From contig OZ024746.1 of the NCBI GenBank assembly GCA_964016885.1, forward strand, positions 1,674,001 to 1,738,000: a DNA stretch of 64,000 nt. Direction: 5' to 3'. The stretch's first letter is position 1; the number at the start of each line of letters is the position of its first letter. The notes under the pieces were generated by a model. The model did no database searches. It was not told where the DNA came from and saw only the letters and a program-made list of their open reading frames with translations. Shown here piece by piece: positions 16,061 through 34,104 of this stretch. A program made the position numbers and the translations under genes. This DNA is from Eledone cirrhosa. Its lineage: Eukaryota.

Positions 16061-16732
16061 ACGTGAACGGCAAAGCATAAACGAACTAAGGAAAAAATTA
16101 GAAATAAGGAGGGATCAGATGTTGTTTACTCGAGAGAAGGTATGGTCACGTGATGCGCATGAAAGATGACAGCTGTATAACAAAGTGCAGGGCAATAAAG
16201 ATAGATGGTAGCCACGGAATAGGCAGACCCAGAAAAACCTGGAACGAGCTGATAAATTCCGACCTCACACACTTACACCTCACCAAGACAATGTCACTGG
16301 ACCGAGACCTTTGGCGGTACTCAGTAATAGAGAAGACCCGCCCTTACCTAAATACAAAGTAAAACCTACTACAGTCAGTAGGCATCTCTAACAAAATACA
16401 CCCCCGTCCCACCACCCCCCACCCCATCCACACCGCCCCTTTCAATGTAAAGTTATGTTGGTGCCACAACATCCAGGCCGAAACAGATGAGATCGTGTAG
16501 GTGTCACGTCAAAAAACACACAGTTCACGCTGTAATGTGGCTGTGTAGGCAACACGGTAAAAACCTCCCAGCCCCACACTGGTAAATGTGGTTGGTGTTA
16601 GGAAGGGCATCCAGCTGTAGAAAACCCGCCAGATAGTCCTATGTGAGCAAGATAACCACTCTTGCCTCAAGTGGGAAAACCCCCGTCCAAACCCATGCAA
16701 GCGTGGAACACGGACGTTAAACGATGATGATG

Positions 16733-16734
<2 letters not shown>
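16061..16734 (+). mobile_element. RTE 3' fragment, same family
   Basis: ORF 16150-16362 (GRPRKTW...DRDLWR) and the same tail. Confidence 0.85.
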
Positions 16735-16826
<92 letters not shown>

Positions 16827-16847
16827 GTATATATGTATATATATATA

Positions 16848-17596
16848 TATATGAAATATAAGAATCAAAGAACTGCTCAAAACATTATTGTGCTTACAGC
16901 TGTTTCCTCCAAACCGAGGTTTGGATTCTTCGGAGCAATTTATTAATGCATGGACAGTTATATGACCTCCTTTTCAGCCGAGAGACATACCAATACATAT
17001 TCAAACATTGATACATATTCAAACATTGTGGGTCAACATTCATTACAGAATTTAGAGTGGCAGTACACACTTCGAGATTACATTTATATTAATAGGTACA
17101 ATCAAAAATCAAAAATATAGGTTATATTTTTATAGTTAAATATAGGTTATATTTTTAACCTATATTTTTGATTTTTGATTGTACCTATTAATATAAATGT
17201 AATCTCGAAGTGTGTACTGCCACTCTAAATTCTGTAATGAATGTTGACCCACAATGTTTGAATATGTATCAATGTTTGAATATGTATTGGTATGTCTCTC
17301 GGCTGAAAAGGAGGTCATATAACTGTCCATGCATTAATAAATTGCTCCGAAGAATCCAAACCTCGGTTTGGAGGAAACAGCTGTAAGCACAATAATGTTT
17401 TGAGCAGTTCTTTGATTCTTATATTTCATATAACTGCTCTGTAAATCATCTGATGTTTTTACATTGAGCTACTTAACTTACTGGTAATAAGGTAGTAATA
17501 CATTACTGCCTACCACTATTTAGGGTGTGTGTAAAATACTTACAACTGCTTAAGGTTTTGTATTTAGATAACCATAAATAGTATAACTAATACTAT
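16848..17596 (+). mobile_element. Penelope-like palindromic terminal-repeat remnant (arms 16848-17124 / 17156-17432, plus 3' tail)
   Basis: ~277 bp perfect inverted repeat with a hammerhead in each arm. The tail is homologous to 50175-50337. Flanked by (TA)n. Confidence 0.8.
17343..17389 (+). ncRNA. Minimal type I hammerhead, U4C core variant (mirror copy 16891-16937, - strand)
   Basis: tgct-CCGAAGA-a-tccaaacc.tc.ggtttgga-g-GAAAC-agct-GTA-agca. Stem III region ACAGCTGT is palindromic. Confidence 0.75.
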
Positions 17597-17624
17597 ATAT
17601 ATATATATGTATATATATATATGT

Positions 17625-17674
<50 letters not shown>

Positions 17675-18056
17675 GTATATATGTATATATATATCTGTAT
17701 ATATATGTATATGTATATGTATATATATGTATATATATGTATGTATATATATGTATATATATATATGTATATATATGTATATATATATGTATATATATGT
17801 ATATGTATATATATATATGTATATATATATATATGTATATGTATATATATGTATATATGTATATATATGTATATGTATATATATATATGTATATATATAT
17901 ATGTATATATATATGTATATATGTATATATATATGTAAATATATATGTATATATATATATGTATATATATATGTATATATATATATGTATATATATATAT
18001 GTATATGTATATATATTTATGTATATATATGTATATGTATATATATTTATATATAT

Positions 18057-18090
<34 letters not shown>

Positions 18091-18181
18091 GTATATGTAT
18101 AAATATATAAAAATGTATATATATATGTATATATATATATATGTATATATATATGTATATATATATATGTATATATATATG

Positions 18182-18212
<31 letters not shown>

Positions 18213-18238
18213 TTATATATATATGTATATATATATAT

Positions 18239-18300
<62 letters not shown>

Positions 18301-18304
18301 CATG

Positions 18305-18354
<50 letters not shown>

Positions 18355-18425
18355 CATGTATATATATATATATATTTATATATATATGTATATATATATA
18401 TATTTATATATATATATATAATATT

Positions 18426-18456
<31 letters not shown>

Positions 18457-18467
18457 TTATATATATG

Positions 18468-18498
<31 letters not shown>

Positions 18499-18736
18499 TT
18501 ATATATATGTATATATATATAATGTGTATATATATATATGTATATATATATATGTATATATATGTATATATATATATATATATGTATATATATGTATATA
18601 GGTATATATATGTATATATATATGTATATATGTATATATATGTATATATGTATATACATATATTTATATATATATATATATACATATATTTATATATATA
18701 TATATATACATATATTTATATATATAAATATACATA

Positions 18737-18833
<97 letters not shown>

Positions 18834-18881
18834 GTATATATATATAAATATATGTATATATATATATATATATACATATAT

Positions 18882-18930
<49 letters not shown>

Positions 18931-19094
18931 GTATATATATATAAATATATGTATATATATATATATATATAACTATATGTATATATATATATAAATATAT
19001 AAATATATATATATATAAATATATGTATATATATATATACATATATATACATACATATATATATATACGTATATATATACATATATATACATAC

Positions 19095-19157
<63 letters not shown>

Positions 19158-19170
19158 CGTATATATATAC

Positions 19171-19201
<31 letters not shown>

Positions 19202-19608
19202 CGTATATATATACATATATATATATACATACATATATATATATATATGTATATAAATATATGTATATATATATATATATAAATATATATATATATAAAT
19301 ATATGTATATATATATACATATATATATACGTATATATATATACGTATATATATATATACATATATATACATACATATATATGTATATATATATATATAT
19401 ATATTATACATATATGTATATATATATATATTATATGTATATTTATATATATGTATCTATATATATATTGTATATATATATATATGTATATATATACGTA
19501 TATATATATATGTATATATAATATAAATACATATGTATGTATATATATATGTATGTATATATATATATACATATATATGTATATATATATATATACATAT
19601 ATACATAC

Positions 19609-19640
<32 letters not shown>

Positions 19641-19730
19641 TTATATATATATATGTATATATATATATTTATATATATAATATGTACATATATATATATG
19701 TATATATATATATATCTATATATATATATG

Positions 19731-19761
<31 letters not shown>

Positions 19762-20095
19762 CTATATATATATATGTATATATATATATATGTATGTATA
19801 TATATATATATATATGTTATATATATATGTATATATATATATGTGTATATATATATGTATATATATATATGTATATATATGTATATATATATATATATAT
19901 GTATATATATGTATTATATATATATATAGGTATATATATGTGTATATATATGTATATATATATGTATTATATATATATTATATGTATATATATGTATATG
20001 TATATATATGTATATGTATATATTTATATATATATGTATATGTATATATATATGTATATGTATATATATATGTATATATATGTATATGTATATAT

Positions 20096-20129
<34 letters not shown>

Positions 20130-20132
20130 ATA

Positions 20133-20215
<83 letters not shown>

Positions 20216-20254
20216 GTATGTATATGTATATATATATATATATATATATTTATG

Positions 20255-20286
<32 letters not shown>

Positions 20287-20310
20287 TATATATATGTATG
20301 TATATATATG

Positions 20311-20923
20311 TCAGGTCACCAGTTGGTGCTACTGGGTAACATGTATCCAGTACAACCTGTCTCATGGTCGGGTCGTTGGCGACTAAACTGGCAACCCCAC
20401 CAAGGTTTCTTGGTGAGGAGGGGTGACTTTGGACAATCCTGCAGGGACTAAAAACAAAACCTGTCAAAGGGCAAAGGAGCTCTTAAAAGTCAATGGCCAT
20501 CCAAAAATCACCGGGAGAGATGACCCCTTAGCCTTTGTCAAGGCAGAATTCTAGGAGAAGGAAAACTCTGATATAACACCTGCAACCCTGATGGTATCCA
20601 ATGATGTTGACTTGTTCTTCTTTTTGGTAAATATCATCTTGGTTAAGAGAGTGGGACTGGCTTTGTGCAGTGCCTTTGCTCACTATAAAAGCTTCACGGC
20701 ACAGGCATTGCTTTGTATCTGGAGATCTCTCTGCACTTGTCCTCACATGGTACCATGGGCCCAGCACTATGTGTCAATAATTGTCACAGGTGTAGTGTTT
20801 GTACCAGAAGTTTTCAAGTCGCTGGCTGGACTAAAAAGTCACACTCGTTCAGCGCTTCGGTAGGGGTTCTCCTACATGGATATAAAGTAGTGGCCGTACT
20901 CGAAAACGAGTTGGCAGCCACCA
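20311..20923 (+). mobile_element. Non-autonomous bipartite RTE derivative (5'UTR joined to extreme 3' end)
   Basis: RTE-like 5'UTR motif taggagaaggaaaactctga. The 3' part encodes a C2H2-like CSVCTR(S/V)[12 protein letters not shown] and ends in a stem-loop tail. Confidence 0.55.
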
Positions 20924-21124
20924 TATGTATGTATATGTATATATGTATGTATATGTATATGTGTATGTATGTGTATGTATATATATGTATATGTGTATGT
21001 ATATGTATGTGTATGTATGTATATATGTGTGTATATGTATGTATGTATATGTATATGTATATGTATGTATGTATATGTATGTATGTATGTATGTGTATAT
21101 GTAATGTATATATATATGTATATG

Positions 21125-21155
<31 letters not shown>

Positions 21156-21365
21156 GTATATGTATGTATATGTATATGTATGTATGTGTATGTGTATGTA
21201 TGTGTATATGTATGTATGTATGTATGTATGTATATATGTATGTATGTATATGTATATGTATGTGTGTATGTATGTATGTATATATGTATGTATGTATGTA
21301 TATATGTATGTATGTGTATATGTATGTATGTGTATATGTATGTATATGTATATGTATATATATAT

Positions 21366-21632
21366 GCTGCTTTGTGCAGTGCCTTTGCTCACTATAAAAG
21401 CTTCACAGCACAGGCATTGCTTTATATCTGGAGATCTCTCTGCACTGGTCGTCACATGGTACCATGGGCCCAGCACTATGTGTCAATAATTGTCACAAGT
21501 GTAGTGTTTGTACCAGAGTTTTCAAGTCGCTGGCTGGACTAAAAAAGTCACATTCGTTCAGCGCATTGGTAGGGGTTCTCCTACATGGATATAAAGTAGT
21601 GGCCGTACTCGAAAACGAGTTGGCAGCCACCA
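21366..21632 (+). mobile_element. 5'-truncated second copy of the 20311-20923 element
   Basis: Near-identical to 20660-20923. Confidence 0.8.
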
Positions 21633-21646
21633 TGTATATATATATG

Positions 21647-21679
<33 letters not shown>

Positions 21680-22199
21680 GTATATGTATATATATGTATA
21701 TATATATATGTATATATATATATATGTATATGTATATATATGTATATGTATATATATGTATATATATATATATATCTATATATGTATATATGTATATATA
21801 TGTATATATATATATATGTATATATATATATGTATATATATATGTATATATATATGTATGTATATATGTATATATATATGTATATAAATATATGTATATA
21901 TATATATATATGTATATATATGTATATATATATGTATATATATATATATGTATATATGTATATATATGTATATATGTATATACATATATTTATATATATA
22001 TATATACATATATTTATATATATATATATACATATATTTATATATATATATATATATATATAATTGTATATATATATAAATATATGTATATATATATATA
22101 TATAACTATATGTATATATATATATAAATATATAAATATATATATAAATATATGTATATATTATATATACATATATATACATACATATATATATATACG

Positions 22200-22232
<33 letters not shown>

Positions 22233-22481
22233 GTATTATATATATATGTATATATGTATATATATGTATATATGTATATACATATATTATATACATATAT
22301 ATACATATATATATATACGTATATATATACATATATATATACATACATATATATATATATATGTATATAAATATATGTATATATATATAAATATATGTAT
22401 ATATATAAATATATGTATATATATATATATATATATTTATAAATATATATATATATATATATACATATTTATACATATATA

Positions 22482-22583
<102 letters not shown>

Positions 22584-22591
22584 ATATATGT

Positions 22592-22680
<89 letters not shown>

Positions 22681-22954
22681 TTATATATATGTATGTATAT
22701 ATATATATATATGTATGTATATATGTATATATATATGTATATATGTATATACATATATTATATACATATATATACATATATATATATACGTATATATATA
22801 CATATATATATACATACATATATATATATATATGTATATAAATATATGTATATATATATAAATATATGTAATATATATAAATATATGTATATATATATAT
22901 ATATATATTTATAAAAATATATATATATATATATATAATATTTATACATATATA

Positions 22955-23107
<153 letters not shown>

Positions 23108-23866
23108 ATATATACATATATATATATATATATACATATATATATACATACATATATTTGTATGTATATATATATACATATATGTATATATATATATACA
23201 TATATATATACATACATATATATATTACATATATATATATATACATATATATGTATATATATATATATATATACATATATATATACATATATATACATAT
23301 ATACATATATACATATATATATATACATATATATATACATATATATATACATATATATGTATATATATATATGTATATATACATATATATGTATATAATA
23401 TATGTATTATATATATATATATGTATATGTATATATATATACATATATATACATATATATATATATACATATATATATACATACCATACATATATATATA
23501 CATACATATATATATACATACATATATATATATATACATATATATATTCATACATATATATATGTATATATATATACATATACATATATATATATATTCA
23601 TACATATATATATGTATATATATATTCATACATATATATATGTATATATATATACATATATATATGTATATATATATGCATATACATATATATATATATA
23701 TACAGATATATATATTCATACATATATATATATTCATACATATATATATGTAAATATATATACATATACATGTATATATATATATATATACATATATATG
23801 TATATAAATATACATATATATATATATGTATATATACATATATATTTATATATATACATATATTTA

Positions 23867-23898
<32 letters not shown>

Positions 23899-24176
23899 CA
23901 TATATTTATATATATATATATATAAATACATATATATATAAATATATGTATATATATAAATATATGTATATATATAAATATATGTATATATATATATATA
24001 TGTATATATATATTTAAATATATGTATATATATATATAAATATATGTATATATATATATATATATATATTTAAATATATGTATATATATATATATATATA
24101 TATTTAAATATATGTATATATATATATATATACATATATTTAAATATATGTACATATAAATATATGTATATATATA

Positions 24177-24436
24177 TATTGTTATACTTTGGGAGGGTCA
24201 TGTTGCCAATAAGAAACACCCACACCAGTTGCTTTCACTTCAATTTAATTTATAATATATTTATAAATTTACAAATTTATAAATTTCTGGTTGGTTGGTT
24301 GGTTCCACAACCAGATAGTTGTTTATATATATATAGTCATAGTTCTTTCGTCACACACTCTGTGACCTCTTCAGTGACTGGGGATTTCTTTCTTTGTTTC
24401 TGTGCCTTTCCTTTCTTCTATCCTACGCCATTTTTC

Positions 24437-24440
<4 letters not shown>
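24177..24440 (-). mobile_element. PLE-like terminal-repeat fragment (other copies at 27750-28008 and 32256-32630)
   Basis: Three homologous islands in (TA)n, each with a hammerhead. Confidence 0.7.
24335..24379 (-). ncRNA. Minimal type I hammerhead
   Basis: Minus strand: agtca-CTGAAGA-g-gtcaca.gagtg.tgtgac-GAAA-gaac-TA-tgact. Confidence 0.8.
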
Positions 24441-24479
<39 letters not shown>

Positions 24480-24557
24480 AATATATGTATATATATATGT
24501 ACGTATATATATATATATTTATATATATATATATATTTATATATATATAAATATATG

Positions 24558-24597
<40 letters not shown>

Positions 24598-24601
24598 TAT
24601 G

Positions 24602-24633
<32 letters not shown>

Positions 24634-24708
24634 TATAAATATATATATATAAATATATGTATATATATACATATATATATAAATATATATATATAAATAT
24701 ATATATAA

Positions 24709-24858
<150 letters not shown>

Positions 24859-25027
24859 GTACATATATATATATATATATAAATATATGTATATATATAA
24901 ATATATGTATATATATATATAAATATATGTATATATATATGTATATATATAAATATATGTATATATATATATAAATATATGTATATATATATATATATAT
25001 ATAAATATATGTATATATATATAAAAA

Positions 25028-25065
<38 letters not shown>

Positions 25066-25144
25066 TATATATATAAATATATGTATATATATATATATAT
25101 AAATAAATATATGTATATATATATATATATATATATAAATATAT

Positions 25145-25490
25145 CATCATTTCATCATCATTTCATTTTACGTCCGCTTCTTCCCTGCTTGCAAGGGTGG
25201 GACGGGAACTGATTCTGGCTTGATTTCTACAGCTGGATGCCCTTCCTAACACCAACCTCATTTACAGTGAGTGCTGGGTGCTTTTTTGCCGTGGCACCTG
25301 CACGACCACTTTGCAGTGGAATGATATGGACCCCAGTCCCTATCATCTCATTTCTACAGCTGAGTAAACTGGAGCAATCTGAAATAAAGTGTCTTGCTCA
25401 AGGAAACAACACATCACCCGGTCTGAGAATTGAACTCACAACCTTTCGATTGCAAGGCCAATGCTCTAACCACTAAGCCATGTGCCTCCA
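25145..25490 (-). mobile_element. tRNA-derived CORE-like SINE family B with RTE 3' tail
   Basis: A/B boxes (tggcttagtggttagagc, gagttcaattctc), ccttgagcaagacact core, and a tail matching the RTE end at 41175-41228. Confidence 0.88.
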
Positions 25491-25542
25491 TATGTGTATA
25501 TATATATATATTTATAAATATATGTATATATATATATATATA

Positions 25543-25868
25543 AGAGGGTGTTAAAGTTTGCTTGAAGCATTGTGAAATGTGTAAAATACGTAGTTTAGAA
25601 AGCCACAACAATGCAGAGCGGCTTTCCTGTTTTAACGACATCACAACTTTCTCCGCTTAGCCTGTTTTCCCCCCCTTTTGGAACTTTCCCCCGTTGATGG
25701 GCGTGAGCCCGAAATATTGGGATTAAATCTCCACTACGGTAACCCTTCTACCTTTGTTTTGTTTTCATCTTTGTCTCTCTCAATTTTCACTTTATCCTAT
25801 TTCTCCTATCTATCATTCACTTCCTACCTCGAGATTTCCCTCTGCATTGTTGTGGCTTTCTTAACTAC
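25543..25868. mobile_element. PLE-like island with 29 bp inverted repeats (25590-25618 / 25840-25868) and a degenerate hammerhead at 25687-25722 (+); duplicate at 28721-29046
   Basis: tccc-CCGTTGA-t-gggc.gtga.gccc-GAAA-ta-TT-ggga, with two core mismatches. Confidence 0.55.
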
Positions 25869-25893
25869 ATATATATATACATATATATATAAA

Positions 25894-26043
<150 letters not shown>

Positions 26044-26064
26044 ATTATATATATATATTATATA

Positions 26065-26170
<106 letters not shown>

Positions 26171-26208
26171 GTATATTATATATATATGTATATTATATAT
26201 ATGTATAT

Positions 26209-26245
<37 letters not shown>

Positions 26246-26269
26246 GTATATTATGTATATATATATATG

Positions 26270-26365
<96 letters not shown>

Positions 26366-26424
26366 AATATATGTATATATATGTATATATATATAAATAT
26401 ATGTATATATATGTATATATATAT

Positions 26425-26494
<70 letters not shown>

Positions 26495-26508
26495 GTGTAT
26501 ATATATAT

Positions 26509-26620
<112 letters not shown>

Positions 26621-26627
26621 GTATATG

Positions 26628-26706
<79 letters not shown>

Positions 26707-26763
26707 ATATATATATATATGTATATATATGTATATATATGTATATATATGTATATATATATG

Positions 26764-26860
<97 letters not shown>

Positions 26861-26915
26861 GTATATATATGTATATATATATATATATGTATATATATAT
26901 GTATATATATGTATG

Positions 26916-26950
<35 letters not shown>

Positions 26951-26969
26951 GTATATATATATGTATATA

Positions 26970-27609
<640 letters not shown>

Positions 27610-27645
27610 AATATATGTATATATATATATATATATATATTTAAA

Positions 27646-27676
<31 letters not shown>

Positions 27677-27903
27677 TTAAATATATGTATATATATATAT
27701 ATATACATATATTTAAATATATGTACATATAAATATATGTATATATATATATTGTTATACTTTGGGAGGGTCATGTTGCCAATAAGAAACACCCACACCA
27801 GTTGCTTTCACTTCAATTTAATTTATAATATATTTATAAATTTACAAATTTATAAATTTCTGGTTGGTTGGTTCCACAACCAGATAGTTGTTTATATATA
27901 TAT

Positions 27904-27948
27904 AGTCATAGTTCTTTCGTCACACACTCTGTGACCTCTTCAGTGACT
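27904..27948 (-). ncRNA. Minimal type I hammerhead (duplicate of 24335-24379)
   Basis: Identical motif. Confidence 0.8.
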
Positions 27949-28005
27949 GGGGATTTCTTTCTTTGTTTCTGTGCCTTTCCTTTCTTCTATCCTACGCCAT
28001 TTTTC

Positions 28006-28048
<43 letters not shown>

Positions 28049-28126
28049 AATATATGTATATATATATGTACGTATATATATATATATTTATATATATATA
28101 TATATTTATATATATATAAATATATG

Positions 28127-28176
<50 letters not shown>

Positions 28177-28180
28177 TATG

Positions 28181-28212
<32 letters not shown>

Positions 28213-28287
28213 TATAAATATATATATATAAATATATGTATATATATACATATATATATAAATATATATATATAAATATATATATAA

Positions 28288-28437
<150 letters not shown>

Positions 28438-28554
28438 GTACATATATATATATATATATAAATATATGTATATATATAAATATATGTATATATATATATA
28501 AATATATGTATATATATATATATATATATAAATATATGTATATATATATAAAAA

Positions 28555-28592
<38 letters not shown>

Positions 28593-29071
28593 TATATATA
28601 TAAATATATGTATATATATATATATATAAATAAATATATGTATATATATATATATATATATATAAATATATGTGTATATATATATATATTTATAAATATA
28701 TGTATATATATATATATATAAGAGGGTGTTAAAGTTTGCTTGAAGCATTGTGAAATGTGTAAAATACGTAGTTTAGAAAGCCACAACAATGCAGAGCGGC
28801 TTTCCTGTTTTAACGACATCACAACTTTCTCCGCTTAGCCTGTTTTCCCCCCCTTTTGGAACTTTCCCCCGTTGATGGGCGTGAGCCCGAAATATTGGGA
28901 TTAAATCTCCACTACGGTAACCCTTCTACCTTTGTTTTGTTTTCATCTTTGTCTCTCTCAATTTTCACTTTATCCTATTTCTCCTATCTATCATTCACTT
29001 CCTACCTCGAGATTTCCCTCTGCATTGTTGTGGCTTTCTTAACTACATATATATATACATATATATATAAA

Positions 29072-29146
<75 letters not shown>

Positions 29147-29167
29147 ATTATATATATATATTATATA

Positions 29168-29248
<81 letters not shown>

Positions 29249-29286
29249 GTATATTATATATATATGTATATTATATATATGTATAT

Positions 29287-29323
<37 letters not shown>

Positions 29324-29347
29324 GTATATTATGTATATATATATATG

Positions 29348-29388
<41 letters not shown>

Positions 29389-29395
29389 GATGATG

Positions 29396-29446
<51 letters not shown>

Positions 29447-29518
29447 GTATATATATATAAATATATGTATATATATGTATATATATATAAATATATGTAT
29501 ATATATGTATATATATAT

Positions 29519-29588
<70 letters not shown>

Positions 29589-29602
29589 GTGTATATATAT
29601 AT

Positions 29603-29724
<122 letters not shown>

Positions 29725-29731
29725 GTATATG

Positions 29732-29780
<49 letters not shown>

Positions 29781-29787
29781 GTATATG

Positions 29788-29818
<31 letters not shown>

Positions 29819-29911
29819 GTATATGTATATGTATATATATATATATATGTATATATATGTATATATATGTATATATATGTATATATATGTATATATATGT
29901 ATATATATATG

Positions 29912-30012
<101 letters not shown>

Positions 30013-30027
30013 GTATATATATGTATA

Positions 30028-30096
<69 letters not shown>

Positions 30097-30127
30097 GTAT
30101 ATATATATGTATATATATATGTATATA

Positions 30128-30708
<581 letters not shown>

Positions 30709-30769
30709 GAGACTGAACAAAAAAAATGGCGTAGACATACAACACAACAGGAGGAACAATGAATATAAC

Positions 30770-30811
30770 ACCACTGACGATGTTGCAGATGTGCAACGAA
30801 AGATTTATGTA
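30770..30811 (+). ncRNA. Minimal type I hammerhead in island 30708-30845
   Basis: cca-CTGACGA-t-gttgca.gatg.tgcaac-GAAA-gatt-TA-tgt. Stem I is weak. The island shares aaaaatggcgtag with the 24177 family. Confidence 0.65.
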
Positions 30812-30859
30812 AACTATATATATATGTGTTTGTCTATATTGTATCTGTATTATATATAT

Positions 30860-31172
<313 letters not shown>

Positions 31173-31179
31173 CTATATA

Positions 31180-31335
<156 letters not shown>

Positions 31336-31341
31336 TATATT

Positions 31342-31573
31342 AGAAAGTGAGGTTTTTTTTACAAAATGAAAAATAACCGAGGTGTCCTACACGAGTGGAA
31401 GTATAAAGAAAAAGGGATGAAATCGAAAATGCAACCGAAGTCTTATTTTTTTTTTAAATATATATATTTATTTGGTTCCTTTACCGGTTTCGCAGTTCTT
31501 CTGCTTTTCAAAAGGTGAGTTGAGATGGAGGGTCTTTCGGTTGCATTTTCGATTTCATCCCTTTTTCTTTATA
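31342..31573. mobile_element. PLE-like island with 38 bp inverted repeats (31402-31439 / 31536-31573)
   Basis: Perfect inverted repeat enclosing a hammerhead, flanked by (TA)n. Confidence 0.7.
31478..31515 (-). ncRNA. Minimal type I hammerhead, U3-A8 compensated core
   Basis: Minus strand: cctt-TTGAAAA-gcag.aagaa.ctgc-GAAA-ccgg-TA-aagg. Confidence 0.78.
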
Positions 31574-31609
31574 TATATATATATATAAATATATGTATAT
31601 ATATATATG

Positions 31610-31693
<84 letters not shown>

Positions 31694-31767
31694 TACATAT
31701 ATATACATATACATATATATACATATATATATATATACATATATATACATATATATACATATATACA

Positions 31768-31888
31768 GTGAAGGCGTGTGGCTGAGTGGTTAGAGAATTG
31801 TATTCGCAATCGTAAGGTTGTGAGTTCGATTCCTGGACCAGGCGATGTGTTATGTCCTTGAGCAAGACACTTTATTTCACGTTGCTCC
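31768..31888 (+). mobile_element. 5' part of CORE-like SINE family B
   Basis: tggctgagtggttagag, gagttcgattcc, ccttgagcaagacactttatttcac. Confidence 0.8.
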
Positions 31889-32212
31889 TTCTACCTGGAG
31901 TTGCGACCGATAGATAGTATTAGCAATTGGAAAGACCAACGGAAACATTGTTCCCTCGGTCCGATTTGACAAAAAAGTCGATCGTTCCTTTTCTTATATA
32001 TATATATATATATATGTATGTATATATATATATATGTATGTATATATATGTATATATATGTATATATATGTATATATATATATGTATATATATATATGTA
32101 TATATATATATGTATATACATATACATATATATACATATATATATATATGTATATGTATATATATATGTATATGTATATATATATATATGTATATGTGTA
32201 TATATATGTATA

Positions 32213-32261
<49 letters not shown>

Positions 32262-32391
32262 ATACTTTGGGAGGGTCATGTTGCCAATAAGAAACACACG
32301 CACCAGTTGCTTTCACTTCAATTTATTATAATAAATTTATAAATTTCCGGTTGATTGGTTGGTTGCACAACCAGATGGTTGTTTATATATT

Positions 32392-32434
32392 GTCAAAGTT
32401 CTTTCGTCACACATTCTGTGACCTCTTCAGTGAC
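32392..32434 (-). ncRNA. Minimal type I hammerhead (24335 family, CUU triplet)
   Basis: Minus strand: gtca-CTGAAGA-g-gtcaca.gaatg.tgtgac-GAAA-gaac-TT-tgac. Confidence 0.75.
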
Positions 32435-32667
32435 TGGGGATTCTTTTCTTTGTTTTTGTGCCTCTCCTTTGTTCTGTCCTACGCCATCTTGTTTCTGTGT
32501 GTGTGTGTTGTGTGCTCAGTCTGAGCATGCGCCACATCCGGGTGTCTGTGTGTGTTTATATTCGTTTATTTATTTGTTTATTTACATGAAAACACACACG
32601 CACATAGAACAAACAACCAACCTGTAACATGTAAATAAACAAATAAATAAAGAATATAAACACACAC

Positions 32668-32700
<33 letters not shown>

Positions 32701-32704
32701 CATA

Positions 32705-32902
32705 TGAGGGTCAGCTGAAAAGCTGATAGTCTGACCAAGATACTCTCATGGAATGACCAAATAAGGTATATTTTTCTACATAATCCCTGGAAAAAAACAA
32801 TGCAGTTAATATTAAGAAAAGTTGGAATTAATGCATGCAATATTTCACAGCTCTAGCATGACTCCTTCATAGTCAGCCTATTAACATTTCAGCCGCCCCT
32901 CA
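32705..32902. mobile_element. Tc1/mariner-type MITE
   Basis: TA-flanked imperfect TIRs tgagggtcagctgaaa ... tttcagccgcccctca. Confidence 0.6.
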
Positions 32903-33191
32903 TATATGTGAAGAGGAGAGATAAACAGAGTAAAAGGTATGAATGAATAGAAAGGGACAGGAAGAGAGAAAGAAAGAAAAATATAGATAAAAAAAAATAA
33001 AGATAAAATAAAGAATGAAAGATAAAAAGAAGAAATGAAAAGCGACATAGGATGGAGAAGAATGTCGTTTGTGAAGAATAGCAGACAACAGCAAGGGGAA
33101 AATGTTTATAACTGAAACATAAATACAGTGAAAAGTACTAGAAATATGACTTTTATCAAATTACAGCCATGTATATATATATATATATATA

Positions 33192-34010
33192 CCAGAAAAC
33201 AGAACCCAGATCCCCTCAGGGAAATAGGCTGGCTCAGTATGTAAGAAAGGTGTAGGTAGGAATTTCATCCTCTGCCCCAAATACAAACAATGGGTACCCA
33301 AAAGATGTAGCGGGATCTCAGCAAGCTTAATTAAGAATGTAGGCTTCACATGTAGCAGATGTGCTGGGACAGCAAGCAGCAAATAGCCACAGGAAACAAG
33401 TACCATCAAACTCTGGGAGGGCTCTGTAGAAACAGTAGACAGCTTCTGTTACCTAGGTGACCGAATTAGCAGTGGAGGTGGGTGTTCAGAAAGTACAATA
33501 ACTAGGGTAGGAACATGGATGGAAAAAGTTCAGGGAGCTACAGGCCACTGCTAGCTGCAAAAGGTTTTTCCCTCAAAATGAAAGGCAGACTGTATGATGC
33601 ATGTATACGAACAGCAATGTTACATGGTAGTGAGACCAGGGCGCTGTCTGTTGAAGACTTGCGTAGATTAGAAAGAAACGAAGCTTACATGCTCCGATGG
33701 ATGTGTAATAGTAATACACGCGAATCACAAAGCATAAATGAATTGAGAGAGAGACTGAGCATAAGAGGAATCAAATGCTGTGTGCAGGAGAGGAGGTTGC
33801 GTTGGTATGGACATGTGATGTGTATGAAGGATGACAGCTGCATAAAAAGATGCAGAGCACTAAAAGTTGATGGACGCCACGAAGTAGGGAGACCGAAGAA
33901 GACCTGGGATGAGGTGATAAAAACGGACCTTGCGATGACACAAGACTGTGACCTCTGGCATCACACAGTAATACAGAAGACCCAACTTCCCATAGGAACA
34001 AGCTGAAGCT
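33192..34010 (+). pseudogene. RTE LINE 3' fragment
   Basis: KGRLYDACIRTAMLHGSET, ERRLRWYGHV, GRPKKTW. Confidence 0.88.
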
Positions 34011-34104
34011 GAAGCATATAGACAATAAGCATGCATGCTTCGTTCCTCTCCAGTCTGCGCAGGTCCTCTGCACACAATGCCCTAACTTTATATTTTGAAT
34101 ATAT

